A DNA stretch of 64,000 nt, taken from the NCBI GenBank assembly GCA_965215015.1, contig OZ244042.1, forward strand, positions 2,624,001-2,688,000. Direction: 5' to 3'. The position numbers were made by a program, and so were the translations under genes. The notes below the pieces were generated by a model, which saw nothing but the letters and a program-made list of their open reading frames with translations, had not been told where the DNA came from and did not search any database. The stretch is from Candidatus Poribacteria bacterium. GTDB lineage: Bacteria > Poribacteria > WGA-4E > PCPOR2b. Positions 10,094-20,783 of the stretch are shown here, in pieces. Each line of letters starts with the position of its first letter. The first letter of the stretch is position 1.

Positions 10094-10837
10094 TTACGTA
10101 GTATCACTGACTAGACCCCCGTCGGTGATGTGCAGGACCCGATCCGCACGACGCGCAATCTCCGGGGCGTGCGTCGCCATCAAAAGCAGCTTGCCGGTGC
10201 CCCGAACTATTTCCAATAACAGCGACAGAACAGTTTCACCGATTTCCGTATCTAGATTACCGGTCGGTTCATCAGCGAGCAGCATCAAGGGGTTATGGAC
10301 AAGCGCACGGGCAATAGCAACCCGCTGTTGTTCACCGCCACTCAGTCTATCCGGGTAGGTATTGAGCCGTTCACCAAGTCCGACTTGCTCAAGTAGGGCC
10401 TCTGCATGATTTCGTCCATCCCTTCGGGATTCAGAGCGGTGTGTTAGTTCGAGGGGCAGGATTACATTTTCCAATACTGTCAAGATTGGAATCAGGTTGA
10501 AAAACTGGAAGATAATCCCAATGTGACGACGACGGAAAAGGGTTCGCTGGTGTTCGTTCAGGCGAGTCAGATCGATTTCCCGATTGCCTTCTTGAATGAA
10601 GACGTGCCCGCTGCTTGGCGCATCAATGCCAGAGATTAGATTGAGTAATGTGCTTTTTCCGCTACCGGATTTTCCTAACAAGCAGACAAACTCGCCCTCA
10701 TAAAATTCTTGGTTCACTCGATTCAAAACGATGCGATTTTGCCCCGCTTCACTGTAGGATTTACTCAAGCGATCTAATCGCACCAACATGACGGGCGAAT
10801 TTACAGAAGAGGCGGAATGGGTAGATTCTATAGTCAC
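10094..10837 (-). CDS. ABC transporter ATP-binding protein (LolD/MacB type)
   Basis: [30 protein letters not shown]. Confidence 0.95.
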   Translation of the reverse strand: MTIESTHSASSVNSPVMLVRLDRLSKSYSEAGQNRIVLNRVNQEFYEGEFVCLLGKSGSGKSTLLNLISGIDAPSSGHVFIQEGNREIDLTRLNEHQRTLFRRRHIGIIFQFFNLIPILTVLENVILPLELTHRSESRRDGRNHAEALLEQVGLGERLNTYPDRLSGGEQQRVAIARALVHNPLMLLADEPTGNLDTEIGETVLSLLLEIVRGTGKLLLMATHAPEIARRADRVLHITDGGLVSDTT

Positions 10838-10856
10838 TTCAAATTTGGATTGGGAT

Positions 10857-11750
10857 TTAGTGAGCGGAGAGGAACGTTAGCAGCTCAGCTGTCGTTTCTT
10901 CCGGCAGTTCTTCCGGCAAAAAATGGCCACAGTCAAGGGGTTTTCCACGCACCTCAACAGCCCGCTCCCGCCAGACAGTGAGCATATCAAGGCTTGCACC
11001 GGTCTGCCAACCCGGACGTTTTGCCATGTTGCTGCCCCAAAGCAGCAACACAGGGCAGGTGAGTTTGCGCCCGCGATCAGCCTCGTCGTGAATCAGGTCC
11101 AGGGCTATGCCTCGGTAGTCCAAACAGGTCGCGCGAATGGTTTCAGGGTCATTGAAACAACGGAGATATTCTGCATACGCCTCATCTGTAATTGAGCCGT
11201 CAATTGCAGTCCATCGCTCAAGCAGGAAATCCAGATAGACCTTGGCACTGTTACCAATCAAGGTTTCCGGCAGCGGCGATGGCTGGCGCATCAGGTGCCA
11301 ATGGAACCAAGCGAAGGAAAGCTGGCTGTCCATGTGATCGAAAGCAGCCTGCGAAGGCACAACGTCAAGCGAGGTAAAGGTTCTCACCTGCTCCGGATGA
11401 TCAAGTGCCATGCGATGCCCGACGCGGGCTCCACGATCGTGGCCAACAACATGGAACGATTCAAAGCCGAGTGCTGCCATTACCCCAACTTGGTCCTGCG
11501 CGGTCACGCGTTTGCAATAGACACTCAAGTCACCCTCCGGGGCGGGCGGCTTTTCGCTGTCACCGTAGCCCCGCAGATCCGGGGCAACGACGGTGTAACG
11601 TTCGGCAAGTTTGGGGGCAATCTTGTGCCATTCAACATGGGTTTGGGGATACCCGTGCAGCAATAACAGAGGCGGTCCAATCCCACCGTGCACAAGGTTG
11701 ATGGAAACGCCATTGGCTTTGATTTGGGTTTTCGTGAAGTTGTCAAACAT
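10857..11750 (-). CDS. Alpha/beta hydrolase, fluoroacetate/haloacetate dehalogenase family
   Basis: HGYPQ, DLRGYG, GHDRGAR nucleophile, FHW, DYR, GHFLPEE. Confidence 0.88.
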   Translation of the reverse strand: MFDNFTKTQIKANGVSINLVHGGIGPPLLLLHGYPQTHVEWHKIAPKLAERYTVVAPDLRGYGDSEKPPAPEGDLSVYCKRVTAQDQVGVMAALGFESFHVVGHDRGARVGHRMALDHPEQVRTFTSLDVVPSQAAFDHMDSQLSFAWFHWHLMRQPSPLPETLIGNSAKVYLDFLLERWTAIDGSITDEAYAEYLRCFNDPETIRATCLDYRGIALDLIHDEADRGRKLTCPVLLLWGSNMAKRPGWQTGASLDMLTVWRERAVEVRGKPLDCGHFLPEELPEETTAELLTFLSAH

Positions 11751-11784
11751 CGAGCACGCTTTCTTCAAATTTTTAATCTTTAAC

Positions 11785-11890
11785 TTACGCAGTTGAAACC
11801 CTCAAAGCCAACACCAGAAAAGGACGCGTAATGTCCCGGGCGGATGGAGCCAATCGTGGGGCGCAACTGTTTGCGCGAGAGTCCGGGTAT
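11785..11890. repeat. Dispersed MITE-like repeat related to 18647-18750
   Basis: 11785-11835 matches reverse complement of 18701-18750 (TTACGCAGTTGAA..GCCAACAC.AGAAA..); TTGCGCGAGAGTCCGGGTAT exact at 11871 and 18657. Confidence 0.75.
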
Positions 11891-12391
11891 CCTCAGTGAT
11901 TCATCGCTATACACCAACGCCCGATGGATCGGGCAACTACAGCTCATCCAACAGGAGTCGGTACGCGCCGCGTGCCGACACCCTGCTTGCGGGGGGTGGG
12001 GATTCTTAGCGAGAGGAAGAGGGGGTCCGGCATACACCGTACGCCTACTACTGTCCGGTGATTTAGTGTCTATGGTGATGCGGGTTGAGTGGCGTGCCTA
12101 CACATTCAAGTGCCTAACTCCTAATTAATGAACCGATCAACCAATGAACTCATGAACAAATAGTTTTCACATTTGGTTACTAACCTAACAATTCATACGG
12201 GACACCACCCGGTATCGAGGAGGCAAATCAGTTGGTCAAAACGGTGGACGCCATGGGGGTTAAATTCGCTTGTGCGCCGGTGCTTGGCCAGGTCCAACAG
12301 TCTGCCGCCAAAGGAGTACCAGTTGATGTTGTGATGCGGTGCCCCGCACCTACTCCTGTGGGCCAACCCCTGCCGTGGAGTTGAGACAGCC

Positions 12392-13402
12392 CTAATTGCT
12401 CTGTTTTCGAGCGAACTCTTGCAAATCAACGATTGTATCGGTTTCATCAACAAGTGGACCTGTAAGCACTTCCAGCACATCCTCAAGCGTTACTACTCCT
12501 GATACACCTCCATATTCATCAACAACAACGGCTAAATGCTGGCGAGTCTGCTGGAATATTGACAAAAGCTGATTGGAGCGCTTCCGTCCAAGTACGAAAT
12601 GTACCTTATAAGCAAAATGTGAGATGGGTTGATCCAATTTCCCTTGGACGATCCCGGCGAGTAGTTCAGGCTTCAAAGCGACCCCAGTCACCTGATCCAG
12701 TGTTTCTGCAATTACAATAATTCGGCTATGGGGCGAAGTCAGAATGTCATCTTTTGCCTCAGCGAGCGTTAAGTCACCTTTTAGGTATGTCATTACCACC
12801 CTCGGTGTCATTAGATCGGCAGCTGTCATATCATTCAAATTGAATATTTTTCGGATCATTTCAGATTCATCATTCTCAATCGTTCCTTCCTCTTGTCCAA
12901 TTTTTGCCAACAACTTTATCTCTGCCTCATCCGTTGTGAAGCGGTTACCGCCTGTCGTTAAAGGGGTGGTAATTTTTTCAATGCACCATATCAGGGGGGT
13001 TAAAATTCGGGTCAATCCGGCGACGGGCCGAGCAATAATTAGAGCAATCTTCTCCGAATATCGCTCACCAAGCGTTTTGGGGATGATTTCGGACAGGAGA
13101 ATCACCAAGAAGGTAAGTACCCCTGAAACTAAACCCAACCATTGGCTCCCTAAGACAGCATTAGCCACGGCACTCACGACAGTCGTTCCAACAATATTAG
13201 CAATATTGTTGAGAATAACGATGGTTGCGATAGGACGATTCATCTGCTCGCGGATGGACAGCAGGACTAGTGCTTCCGGCCGATTTGATTGAGCCAACCG
13301 TTGAACTTTAACTAGGGGCACCGAAAACAACGCCGCCTCAGATCCAGAACAGATGGCAGAAGAAAGCAAGACAATTCCAATAGTTATAGGCAGCACCAAC
13401 AT
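12392..13402 (-). CDS. CNNM/DUF21 + CBS domain metal transporter (hemolysin-family annotation)
   Basis: SGSEAALFS, SEIIPK, MTPR, HSRI, VVDEYGGVSGVVTLED. Confidence 0.93.
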   Translation of the reverse strand: MLVLPITIGIVLLSSAICSGSEAALFSVPLVKVQRLAQSNRPEALVLLSIREQMNRPIATIVILNNIANIVGTTVVSAVANAVLGSQWLGLVSGVLTFLVILLSEIIPKTLGERYSEKIALIIARPVAGLTRILTPLIWCIEKITTPLTTGGNRFTTDEAEIKLLAKIGQEEGTIENDESEMIRKIFNLNDMTAADLMTPRVVMTYLKGDLTLAEAKDDILTSPHSRIIVIAETLDQVTGVALKPELLAGIVQGKLDQPISHFAYKVHFVLGRKRSNQLLSIFQQTRQHLAVVVDEYGGVSGVVTLEDVLEVLTGPLVDETDTIVDLQEFARKQSN

Positions 13403-13463
13403 TGGACTTTCCTTTCATTTAACGGTTCAGATTGCCCTTTGGTTTGGATCAATTTAACGATTC

Positions 13464-13492
13464 ATTGTAGCATTTACTATTTATGGTGTCAA
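13464..13492 (-). promoter_or_regulatory. sigma70 promoter of CNNM gene
   Basis: TTGACA-N17-TACAAT about 60 bp upstream of start. Confidence 0.65.
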
Positions 13493-13581
13493 TCCCGAAA
13501 TGAATTGAGTGGCAATTTACAAAGCAAGTCAAGGGGCATCTGTAGCCGTGCAATCTGCTGCATCCGCGATTCAGACAATAC

Positions 13582-13619
13582 TTATGAGCACCCCTCAACT
13601 AACTGAGGAGTGCCCATAA
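13582..13619. repeat. Inverted repeat; one arm also at 33351-33366
   Basis: TTATGAGCACCCCTCA-ACTAAC-TGAGGAGTGCCCATAA. Confidence 0.6.
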
Positions 13620-13717
13620 ATAGGTTCGCTCATCTTAAGAGAAGTAGGACTTACGTCGTTGAACGCTCACAGTCCCGTAGTTCGGTGATTCATCATAGCA
13701 CATAGATTGGCCAAACT

Positions 13718-15103
13718 TTAGTAATCCTTAAAATCCCTGCTACTAAATCCGTAGTTCTGCATCCGGTTCTGAAGCCGGCGGCGAGAGATTCCCAAAAGTT
13801 TAGCGGCTTGGGTTTGGTTGCCACCGGTCCGAATCAAGGCAACCCGAATATACTCCTTTACAATCTCTTCAAGTGCGACCCCATCCACTGGAATTTCTAC
13901 GGGAAAATCCCCTGGAGGCAATGAACTATCCGAAATTTCAGGTGGCAAATCTTCAAAGTCAATAACCGCTTTTTCCGACAGTACGAAGATTCTGTGCAGG
14001 TAATTTTCAAGTTGACGCACGTTTCCGGGCCAATCGTACCGCCGAAGGGCGGACATCGCCCTAGGTGCGACACGCTTCGGTTCAGCATCGGGGTATTCAC
14101 CCTCGAACTTCTGGAGGAAGAAGTCAATCAAGGGTCCGATGTCCTCCCTTCGATCTCGAAGGTCAGGCATGTGAAGCGGAATGACGTTCAACCGGAAGAA
14201 GAGGTCTTCACGGAAGGTCCCTTCATTGACAGCGGCTTGCAAATCTATATTGGTCGCAGCGAGCACACACACATTGACTTTAATCTGTCTTACACCACCG
14301 ACACGCCTGATCTTCCTTTCGTGCAACACATGGAGGAGCTTACTCTGTGCATGTACAGCAAGGTCGCTAATTTCATCCAGAAAGACTGTGCCGCCATTTG
14401 CCGCTTCAAACACCCCCACCTTCTGCCGGTGAGCATCGGTGAACGCACCTTTTTCATGTCCAAAGAGTTCGCTTTCAATCAACGCATCAGGCACAGCACC
14501 GCAGTTAATCTGCAAAAACGGCTTGTCCTTACGTTTTCCATACTCATGAATTGCTTTCGCCACTAGTCCTTTCCCCGTACCCGTGTTGCCGGAGATGAGC
14601 ACCTGATTGACACCGCGATGAATGATTCGAGACATAGTTTTGAACAGTTGCCCCATGCAGTCGCTCTGACCGATGATTTCTTCAAAATGAATCTCCTGAA
14701 CAGGTGTTTCGTCACTCGATTCCTCATCTGTTAAGCCGTGCCGCATCTCAATGGCACGCCTAATCTCTTTCTTGAGCGTATCAATCTGAATCGGTTTTTC
14801 AAGATAATAGAATGCCCCTTCACGTGCCACCAAATCCACAGCGTCGTTCACCTCAGCGTAAGCTGTAACAATCAGTACAGGAAGATCTGGATCCCTCCTT
14901 TTGATTTCATGAAGCAGTTCTCGCCCTGACATCTGAGCCATCCGCATATCGCTGACAACGACATCGAATAGGTTGTCTTCAATTTTTTCGAGGGCGGCAA
15001 CGCCATTTTCAGCTGTTTCTATAGTATAGCCTTCGCGCTTTAATATGGTCTGCAAAACAGTCCGTTGACCCTGGTCATCATCGACAATCAGTATTGCTGA
15101 CAT
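13718..15103 (-). CDS. Sigma-54-type response regulator (REC-AAA+-Fis HTH; NtrC/AtoC family)
   Basis: VDDD/SDMRM receiver, GNTGTGK, ESELFGHEKGAFTDA, WPGNVRQL, GNQTQAA HTH. Confidence 0.95.
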   Translation of the reverse strand: MSAILIVDDDQGQRTVLQTILKREGYTIETAENGVAALEKIEDNLFDVVVSDMRMAQMSGRELLHEIKRRDPDLPVLIVTAYAEVNDAVDLVAREGAFYYLEKPIQIDTLKKEIRRAIEMRHGLTDEESSDETPVQEIHFEEIIGQSDCMGQLFKTMSRIIHRGVNQVLISGNTGTGKGLVAKAIHEYGKRKDKPFLQINCGAVPDALIESELFGHEKGAFTDAHRQKVGVFEAANGGTVFLDEISDLAVHAQSKLLHVLHERKIRRVGGVRQIKVNVCVLAATNIDLQAAVNEGTFREDLFFRLNVIPLHMPDLRDRREDIGPLIDFFLQKFEGEYPDAEPKRVAPRAMSALRRYDWPGNVRQLENYLHRIFVLSEKAVIDFEDLPPEISDSSLPPGDFPVEIPVDGVALEEIVKEYIRVALIRTGGNQTQAAKLLGISRRRLQNRMQNYGFSSRDFKDY

Positions 15104-15105
15104 AC

Positions 15106-16647
15106 CTATTCCTCCTTATGGCTTACAGTTGTATCGGCTGGGAACGAATCGAGGCTTTTCATAGGCAGGTAAATTTGAAATGCGGTTCCCATTCCGACCT
15201 GGCTTTTGAGTTCAATCTTTCCATGGTGTGCTGTAATAATCTGGTGTACGATCGCAAGCCCAAGCCCCATTCCCCCTTCACTCTCCTTCGTGGTAAAGTA
15301 AGCATCAAAAATCCGCTCTTGGATTTCGGGGGGAATACCAACCCCCGTATCACGAATTTCAATCTCGATGCCGTGTCCCGCAAGGGTCTGGGTTAGCTGC
15401 GTTGTGATGTAAATCCTGCCGCCCTTGGGCATGGCTTGAATACTGTTCTGTATTAGGTTGAAAAGCGTCTGCTGAATCAACCCCGGATCAAGTTGCAGTT
15501 GTGGTAAATCTGGCGTGTAATTGGTGATAACTGTGACTTTAGCATTTTCGACGATGAGCGTAAATTCCGCAAGGACTTGGTCGATAAGCGCATTGAGATC
15601 CGTAGGTTTCAGATCGAGCGTTTTCGGACGATTCAAGGCCACAAACTGCTCAGAAATCCGCTGCAACCGTTGGATTTCAAAATTGACAATATCGAGTAGA
15701 TTTCGAGCTTCTTCGATGTCGCTAGCCTTGATATTGTTCCGTGAAAAGAGATCTCGCAGGTGCTGAGCTGTCATTCCGATAGTATTCAATGGGTTACGAA
15801 TTTCATGGGCAACGCCTGCAGCAAATTGTTGAAGCGCGGCGATGCGCTTCGAGTGGATCCCCGTCAATTGCCTCAACATCCGCACAAGACTGTAGGTGAC
15901 GCGCCCAATTTCGTCGGAGGCATAGGACTGCGGCAACGCCTCAGGGGCCCCGGCTTCCGCCCGTCTAATAATTTCCATCATACCTTGCAGGGGACGAATA
16001 ACCCAGCGAGTCGTCATCATATCAATAATGATTATCAGGAGGACACTTGTAACGATAATGGAAATCAGGAGCATGATGCGGAGACGGTAGAGATGGTTGG
16101 TAAGATCAGGTCCTGCAAAAAGTGCTTGAATGAATCCGTCGATCCGTTCTGATACAAAGTCTTCTCCAACGATTCCGATCGAATAGGGAATGATAACCGC
16201 TGTCGCATCTTTGCCGTTAATTTGAGGCGTTCTGTAAAGTTCAAAGCCGTTTTTCTTTATTTCATATAACCCCTCATTCGTTAGATTGATATAGTCGTCT
16301 GCCTCCTTATCCGGAATTAAACTGGCTTGAATCTTGGCATCAATTCCGAAGGTCACGTTTACGTCCAAAACATCCTGCATCTCATTAGGCTTCTGCGCCT
16401 TCAATTCTCGAAGAGCGTGTTCGAGTTCTTCTCTGTATAAGGCATGCCGCTTTCCAATCTGGTTTTCAACAAGCGGCCGAATAGTCTTCTCTGCAATTTC
16501 TTTGAAAGTCGCGCCGCGTTTTATGCCCTGCTCATAAAGGCCTCCGAGGTCATCTACAACTTTAATATTGAGAAGCATGTAGAAAGCAGCGAGAAGAATC
16601 AAGACAGATAGGTTGATAATTAAGGCGTATTTCCACTGTAAGCGCAT
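15106..16647 (-). CDS. Membrane sensor histidine kinase (HAMP-HisKA-HATPase)
   Basis: Two TM helices, DEIG, AHEIRNPL, DTGVGI, GMGLGL. Confidence 0.94.
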   Translation of the reverse strand: MRLQWKYALIINLSVLILLAAFYMLLNIKVVDDLGGLYEQGIKRGATFKEIAEKTIRPLVENQIGKRHALYREELEHALRELKAQKPNEMQDVLDVNVTFGIDAKIQASLIPDKEADDYINLTNEGLYEIKKNGFELYRTPQINGKDATAVIIPYSIGIVGEDFVSERIDGFIQALFAGPDLTNHLYRLRIMLLISIIVTSVLLIIIIDMMTTRWVIRPLQGMMEIIRRAEAGAPEALPQSYASDEIGRVTYSLVRMLRQLTGIHSKRIAALQQFAAGVAHEIRNPLNTIGMTAQHLRDLFSRNNIKASDIEEARNLLDIVNFEIQRLQRISEQFVALNRPKTLDLKPTDLNALIDQVLAEFTLIVENAKVTVITNYTPDLPQLQLDPGLIQQTLFNLIQNSIQAMPKGGRIYITTQLTQTLAGHGIEIEIRDTGVGIPPEIQERIFDAYFTTKESEGGMGLGLAIVHQIITAHHGKIELKSQVGMGTAFQIYLPMKSLDSFPADTTVSHKEE

Positions 16648-16648
16648 G

Positions 16649-18136
16649 TTAGCTCATGACTCTTCGGACGGCATTTTTCCAACCGTCAAGTTTTTCTTGT
16701 CGTTGGTCGGTATCGATTTGCGGCGAAAAAATCGTGTCGATTTTCCGATGGGATTCCAGTTCGTGAATCCCATTCCACATACCGACAGTCAGCCCCGCTA
16801 GGTACCCCGCCCCAAGTCCCGTCGTTTCAATTCGTGTGGGGCGTTCGACATCTATGCCCAAGATATCCGCCTGAAATTGCATCAGGAAATTGTTTGCAAC
16901 GGCACCACCATCAACACGGAGCCGGTCCAGTTCTACCCCTGCATCGGCGTGCATCGCTGCGACGACATCCGCCGTTTGAAGTGCAATCGATTCCAACGTT
17001 GCCCGGACAATATGCGCGCGGGTTACGCCACGTGTCAAGCCAAGTATCGCGCCTTGAGCCCCTGCATCCCAGTAAGGTGCGCCAAGCCCTGTAAAGGCAG
17101 GAACCACGGAGACACCACCTGAGTCTGGAACACTGGCGGCAATCGCTTCCGTTTCTGCAGCAGTGTCGATAAGATGCAACCCATCCCGCAGCCATTGCAC
17201 CGCTGCCCCTGCAATAAACACGCTTCCTTCCAGCGCGTAAACCGGCGTTTCATCAAGACCACAAGCCAATGTCGTCAACAGGCCGGATTTTGAATGCACA
17301 CGTTGTTCATCCGTATTCAACATCAGGAAGCATCCGGTGCCATAGGTGTTCTTCGCCAACCCAGCTTGCGTACAAAGCTGCCCAAATAGAGCCGCTTGTT
17401 GGTCCCCGGCAATACCTGCAATTGGGATGCCATCCGGCAACGGGACCACCCTCTTCGTCTTCCCGAAAATACTCCCGGAAGTCTGCACACTTGGCAGAAC
17501 AGACTTTGGGACCCGAAGCACATCCAACAGTTCGTCATCCCACGCGAGTGTGTCTATATTAAACAGCATCGTTCGAGAGGCGTTCGTGTAGTCTGTTACA
17601 TGAACCTCACCCCCCGTCAGATGCCATAGCAGCCACGTATCAATGGTTCCAAATGCGAGTTCGCCGCGTTCAGCGCGCTCCCGTGCGCCATCGACATGAT
17701 CTAGTATCCACGCAATCTTCGTCGCCGAAAAGTACGGATCAAGCACCAGTCCTGTCTTTGCCCGTATCCGTTCTTCGAGGGAGCGTTCCTTCAGATTCGC
17801 GCAGATATCCGATGTGCGACGGCACTGCCACACAATTGCAGGGTGAATCGGTCGTCCGGTCTTGCGTTCCCACACTACCGTTGTTTCCCGCTGATTCGTC
17901 ACTCCAATTGCTGCAATCTCATCGGCGGCCCCCTGTGCTTCAATTAAATCCAGGAAGACTCGATGGGTTACTTCCCAGATTTCGATAGGATCGTGCTCAA
18001 CCCAACCGGGGCGAGAATAGTGCTGTGTAAATTCACGATAGCCGTGTGCAACTATCTCCCCGTGGGCATCAATGAGCAGCACCGTCGAGCCGGTTGTGCC
18101 TTGATCAATCGAGAGGATATACGGGGGTTGTGCCAT
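16649..18136 (-). CDS. glpK: Glycerol kinase
   Basis: [54 protein letters not shown]. Confidence 0.97.
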   Translation of the reverse strand: MAQPPYILSIDQGTTGSTVLLIDAHGEIVAHGYREFTQHYSRPGWVEHDPIEIWEVTHRVFLDLIEAQGAADEIAAIGVTNQRETTVVWERKTGRPIHPAIVWQCRRTSDICANLKERSLEERIRAKTGLVLDPYFSATKIAWILDHVDGARERAERGELAFGTIDTWLLWHLTGGEVHVTDYTNASRTMLFNIDTLAWDDELLDVLRVPKSVLPSVQTSGSIFGKTKRVVPLPDGIPIAGIAGDQQAALFGQLCTQAGLAKNTYGTGCFLMLNTDEQRVHSKSGLLTTLACGLDETPVYALEGSVFIAGAAVQWLRDGLHLIDTAAETEAIAASVPDSGGVSVVPAFTGLGAPYWDAGAQGAILGLTRGVTRAHIVRATLESIALQTADVVAAMHADAGVELDRLRVDGGAVANNFLMQFQADILGIDVERPTRIETTGLGAGYLAGLTVGMWNGIHELESHRKIDTIFSPQIDTDQRQEKLDGWKNAVRRVMS

Positions 18137-18206
18137 TCTGTTTTCACCAAATGTGATTCTGGGATTCATACGGAGTGAAGATCTGCGGCTTCCACAAAGC
18201 ATTTTC

Positions 18207-18235
18207 AATATACCACAGAGGTTGGGAGCCGTCAA
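18207..18235 (-). promoter_or_regulatory. sigma70 promoter of glpK operon
   Basis: TTGACG-N17-TATATT with extended TG; supports ATG at 18136. Confidence 0.6.
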
Positions 18236-18256
18236 TAGGAAATTTGAGGAAAGTGA

Positions 18257-18285
18257 TTGACAAAAGATACGGTTAAGACTACAAT
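18257..18285 (+). promoter_or_regulatory. Divergent sigma70 promoter
   Basis: TTGACA-N17-TACAAT, back-to-back with glpK promoter. Confidence 0.6.
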
Positions 18286-18784
18286 TGGAATATCTACTCA
18301 AATTTAGGGCATTACAATCGGAACAAGCCCAAGATAGCATCTTAGAGGGCACCTGAACGCGCATTACTCTTAGGAGTTACACCATTCAACTCGCATCACC
18401 ATAGACATTAAATCCCCCGATAGTAGTCGGCATACGCCGTATGCCATAACCCCCTTCCTCCCGCTAAATACCCGGTGGGGAGGACGGACGGCACGCGCCC
18501 CGTGCCTACTACTTTGAGATTAACTGTCGCCGCCGAATCCCTCAGGTGTTGAGAGCCACCTTCACCGGCGATGAATCGCCGAGGATATTCTGACTCTAGC
18601 GCAATAGAATACCAGACACGATGGGGCGACAATCCTGGCTCAATCAACCCGGGACGTTGCGCGAGAGTCCGGGTATTTTCAACCCACTATGAACATTGCG
18701 AACATTGCGCGCCCGTTTCTAGTGTTGGCATTGACCGTTCAACTGCGTAAATCCTAACTCTGTTAAAGAAAGGTCGGAATACTG

Positions 18785-19927
18785 ATGAAAATCACGGATA
18801 TTAAAACCTATATGGCCCGCTTCGGCGGACGCTCAAGAGGGCTAATCAAAGTTGAGACTGACGAAGGCATCTACGGTTGGGGCGAATCCTATTCCGTGGG
18901 ACCGAACCTCGCTGCCGAACCCATTGCGGATTATATCTTTGAGATGATTAAAGGCGAAGATCCACGGCGTATCGAATACATCATGATGAAGATCCACCAG
19001 CAATTACGCTTTCCTGCTGGCGGTACGGGCCTCGCAGTTACCTCCGCAATTGACCATGCTCTATGGGACATTAGTGGTAAAGCCGCGAATCTTCCTGTCT
19101 ATATGCTTCTCGGCGGGAGCGCCCGCGACCGAATCCGCGTTTATCACGGCATCGGAGGTCGTGATGGACAAGAAGTCGGCGAAACGGCACATCAATTGAA
19201 CGAGGAGTGGGGCTTTACAGCTTTTAAAACCAGCCCTTATCCGATCGAACCGGACGCAAATCGTTGGGGCCGAGTTTGTGCTGCTGCCGCCGACTATTTC
19301 GAGGGAATCCGTAAGCACACTCCAGAAGATTGGGAGTTTGCATTCGACCCGCACGCTAAGATTTTTGAACCGATTCGTGCATTACAATTATCCAATGCGC
19401 TGGCACCCTATGACCCCTATTTCTATGAGGAACCGCTCCGGCCTGAACATATCCCCGCGTGGTCGCGTTTGCGCTCCCAAATGCAAGTGCCATTGGCAAC
19501 CGGTGAATCCCTCTACACACGCTTTGAATTCCTCAACCTGATGGCTGCTCAAGGGGCAGACATCATCCAGCCGGACATCTGTGTCTGTGGTGGCCTGCTC
19601 GAAATGCGCAAAATTGCTGCTATCGCCGAAGCGCATTATGTCTCCATCGCTCCCCACAATCCAATGGGACCTTTAGCAACCGCGGTGAACGTACACTTTG
19701 CTGCAGCAACCCCCAACTTCAAAATCCTCGAATACATCCTGCCAACAGGAACCGAATGGAATGAGTGGGTGGACGAACCCTATCTGCCCAAAGATGGGTA
19801 TCTGGAGTTGCGAGATCGTCCCGGTCTCGGCGTGGAGGTCAATGAAGACGCCATCACAGATAATGAATATATCCATTGGCAACGGACCTGCCCCATTCGT
19901 CCAGATGGGTCGACTGGATACATTTAG
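18785..19927 (+). CDS. Enolase-superfamily acid-sugar dehydratase (galactonate dehydratase-like)
   Basis: GWGE, ALWD, FDPH, EEP, TGE, QPD, APHNP. Confidence 0.9.
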   Translation: MKITDIKTYMARFGGRSRGLIKVETDEGIYGWGESYSVGPNLAAEPIADYIFEMIKGEDPRRIEYIMMKIHQQLRFPAGGTGLAVTSAIDHALWDISGKAANLPVYMLLGGSARDRIRVYHGIGGRDGQEVGETAHQLNEEWGFTAFKTSPYPIEPDANRWGRVCAAAADYFEGIRKHTPEDWEFAFDPHAKIFEPIRALQLSNALAPYDPYFYEEPLRPEHIPAWSRLRSQMQVPLATGESLYTRFEFLNLMAAQGADIIQPDICVCGGLLEMRKIAAIAEAHYVSIAPHNPMGPLATAVNVHFAAATPNFKILEYILPTGTEWNEWVDEPYLPKDGYLELRDRPGLGVEVNEDAITDNEYIHWQRTCPIRPDGSTGYI

Positions 19928-20329
19928 ATGGAGACGTGATGCGTAAAACGTGAAAAGTAAGGCATGATATTACCAAAAGATTGAGGATTACCAGGTGAAA
20001 TGTCTGCCTGCTATTTCCTAGTAAATCGTTTCGTTGACTACTTCGTTCATTTGCTGAAAATCTTTCGTGGGCCTGCTGTTTGGGGATTGCACGGAGTCCC
20101 TCAAACAGCAGGTCATTCTCAAAGATGCCCAAGCCCTATTCCTCACCCACTTGCCGACCTGTCCCTCCCATACACGACAAAATTGACGAATATGGTCTTT
20201 TGATTTCCCCGCTGCCTTTTCCTGAACTCAGTATAAGAAATTAGGTTGAGGAATATTGAGAGACGTGATACAATGAAGGTATTGAACCTGAAATGTAGAA
20301 TGTACAGAATAAATTAGAAAGGAATGCGA

Positions 20330-20653
20330 ATGTCTCAGTTTGTAAAAGCTGCGGAAACCACTGAAGTCCAGCCCGGTGATTGTCTCGGTGTTAAGGTGGA
20401 AGGCGTTTTCATCGGTATATACAACATCGATGGCAATTATCACGCAATGAATAACATCTGCCCACATCTCGGTGGAGTTTTAAGCTACGGATTCTTCGAT
20501 GATAACGTTGTTACCTGTCCGCTCCACATGTGGGAATTTGATGTGAAGACAGGAAAATGCCTCTGGCCAGAGCAGGAGAAACTCCCAACCTATCCTGTGA
20601 AAGTCGAGGGCAACGATATTCTTGTCGATGTCAATTCACCCCAGACCCATTGA
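20330..20653 (+). CDS. Rieske [2Fe-2S] ferredoxin
   Basis: CPH...CPLH. Confidence 0.93.
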   Translation: MSQFVKAAETTEVQPGDCLGVKVEGVFIGIYNIDGNYHAMNNICPHLGGVLSYGFFDDNVVTCPLHMWEFDVKTGKCLWPEQEKLPTYPVKVEGNDILVDVNSPQTH

Positions 20654-20783
20654 TAGGCAAGCCAAGCAGAGATTCAAGGAAGATTCGGGGTGCTTACGCA
20701 CCGCACATCAAAATATCTCTGTGCCTCACTGATTTTCTGAGCAATTATAAAATAAAGGCAAGATTTAAGAGGAGTTGAAGTCT

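Noticed and set aside
12200-12390. Fragment IEEANQLVKTVDAMGVKFACAP resembling Gfo/Idh/MocA
   Set aside because: Too short and without a start; similarity cannot be verified by eye.
18137-18364. 76-aa N-terminal extension of GlpK
   Set aside because: It spans predicted promoters; homology begins at ATG 18136. Similar over-extensions were trimmed for the ABC permease, TauD, the DgoD-like gene and the lipid kinase.
20072-20112. Strong hairpin CCTGCTGTTTG...CAAACAGCAGG as terminator
   Set aside because: No U-tract, about 145 bp from the nearest stop, and single copy here.
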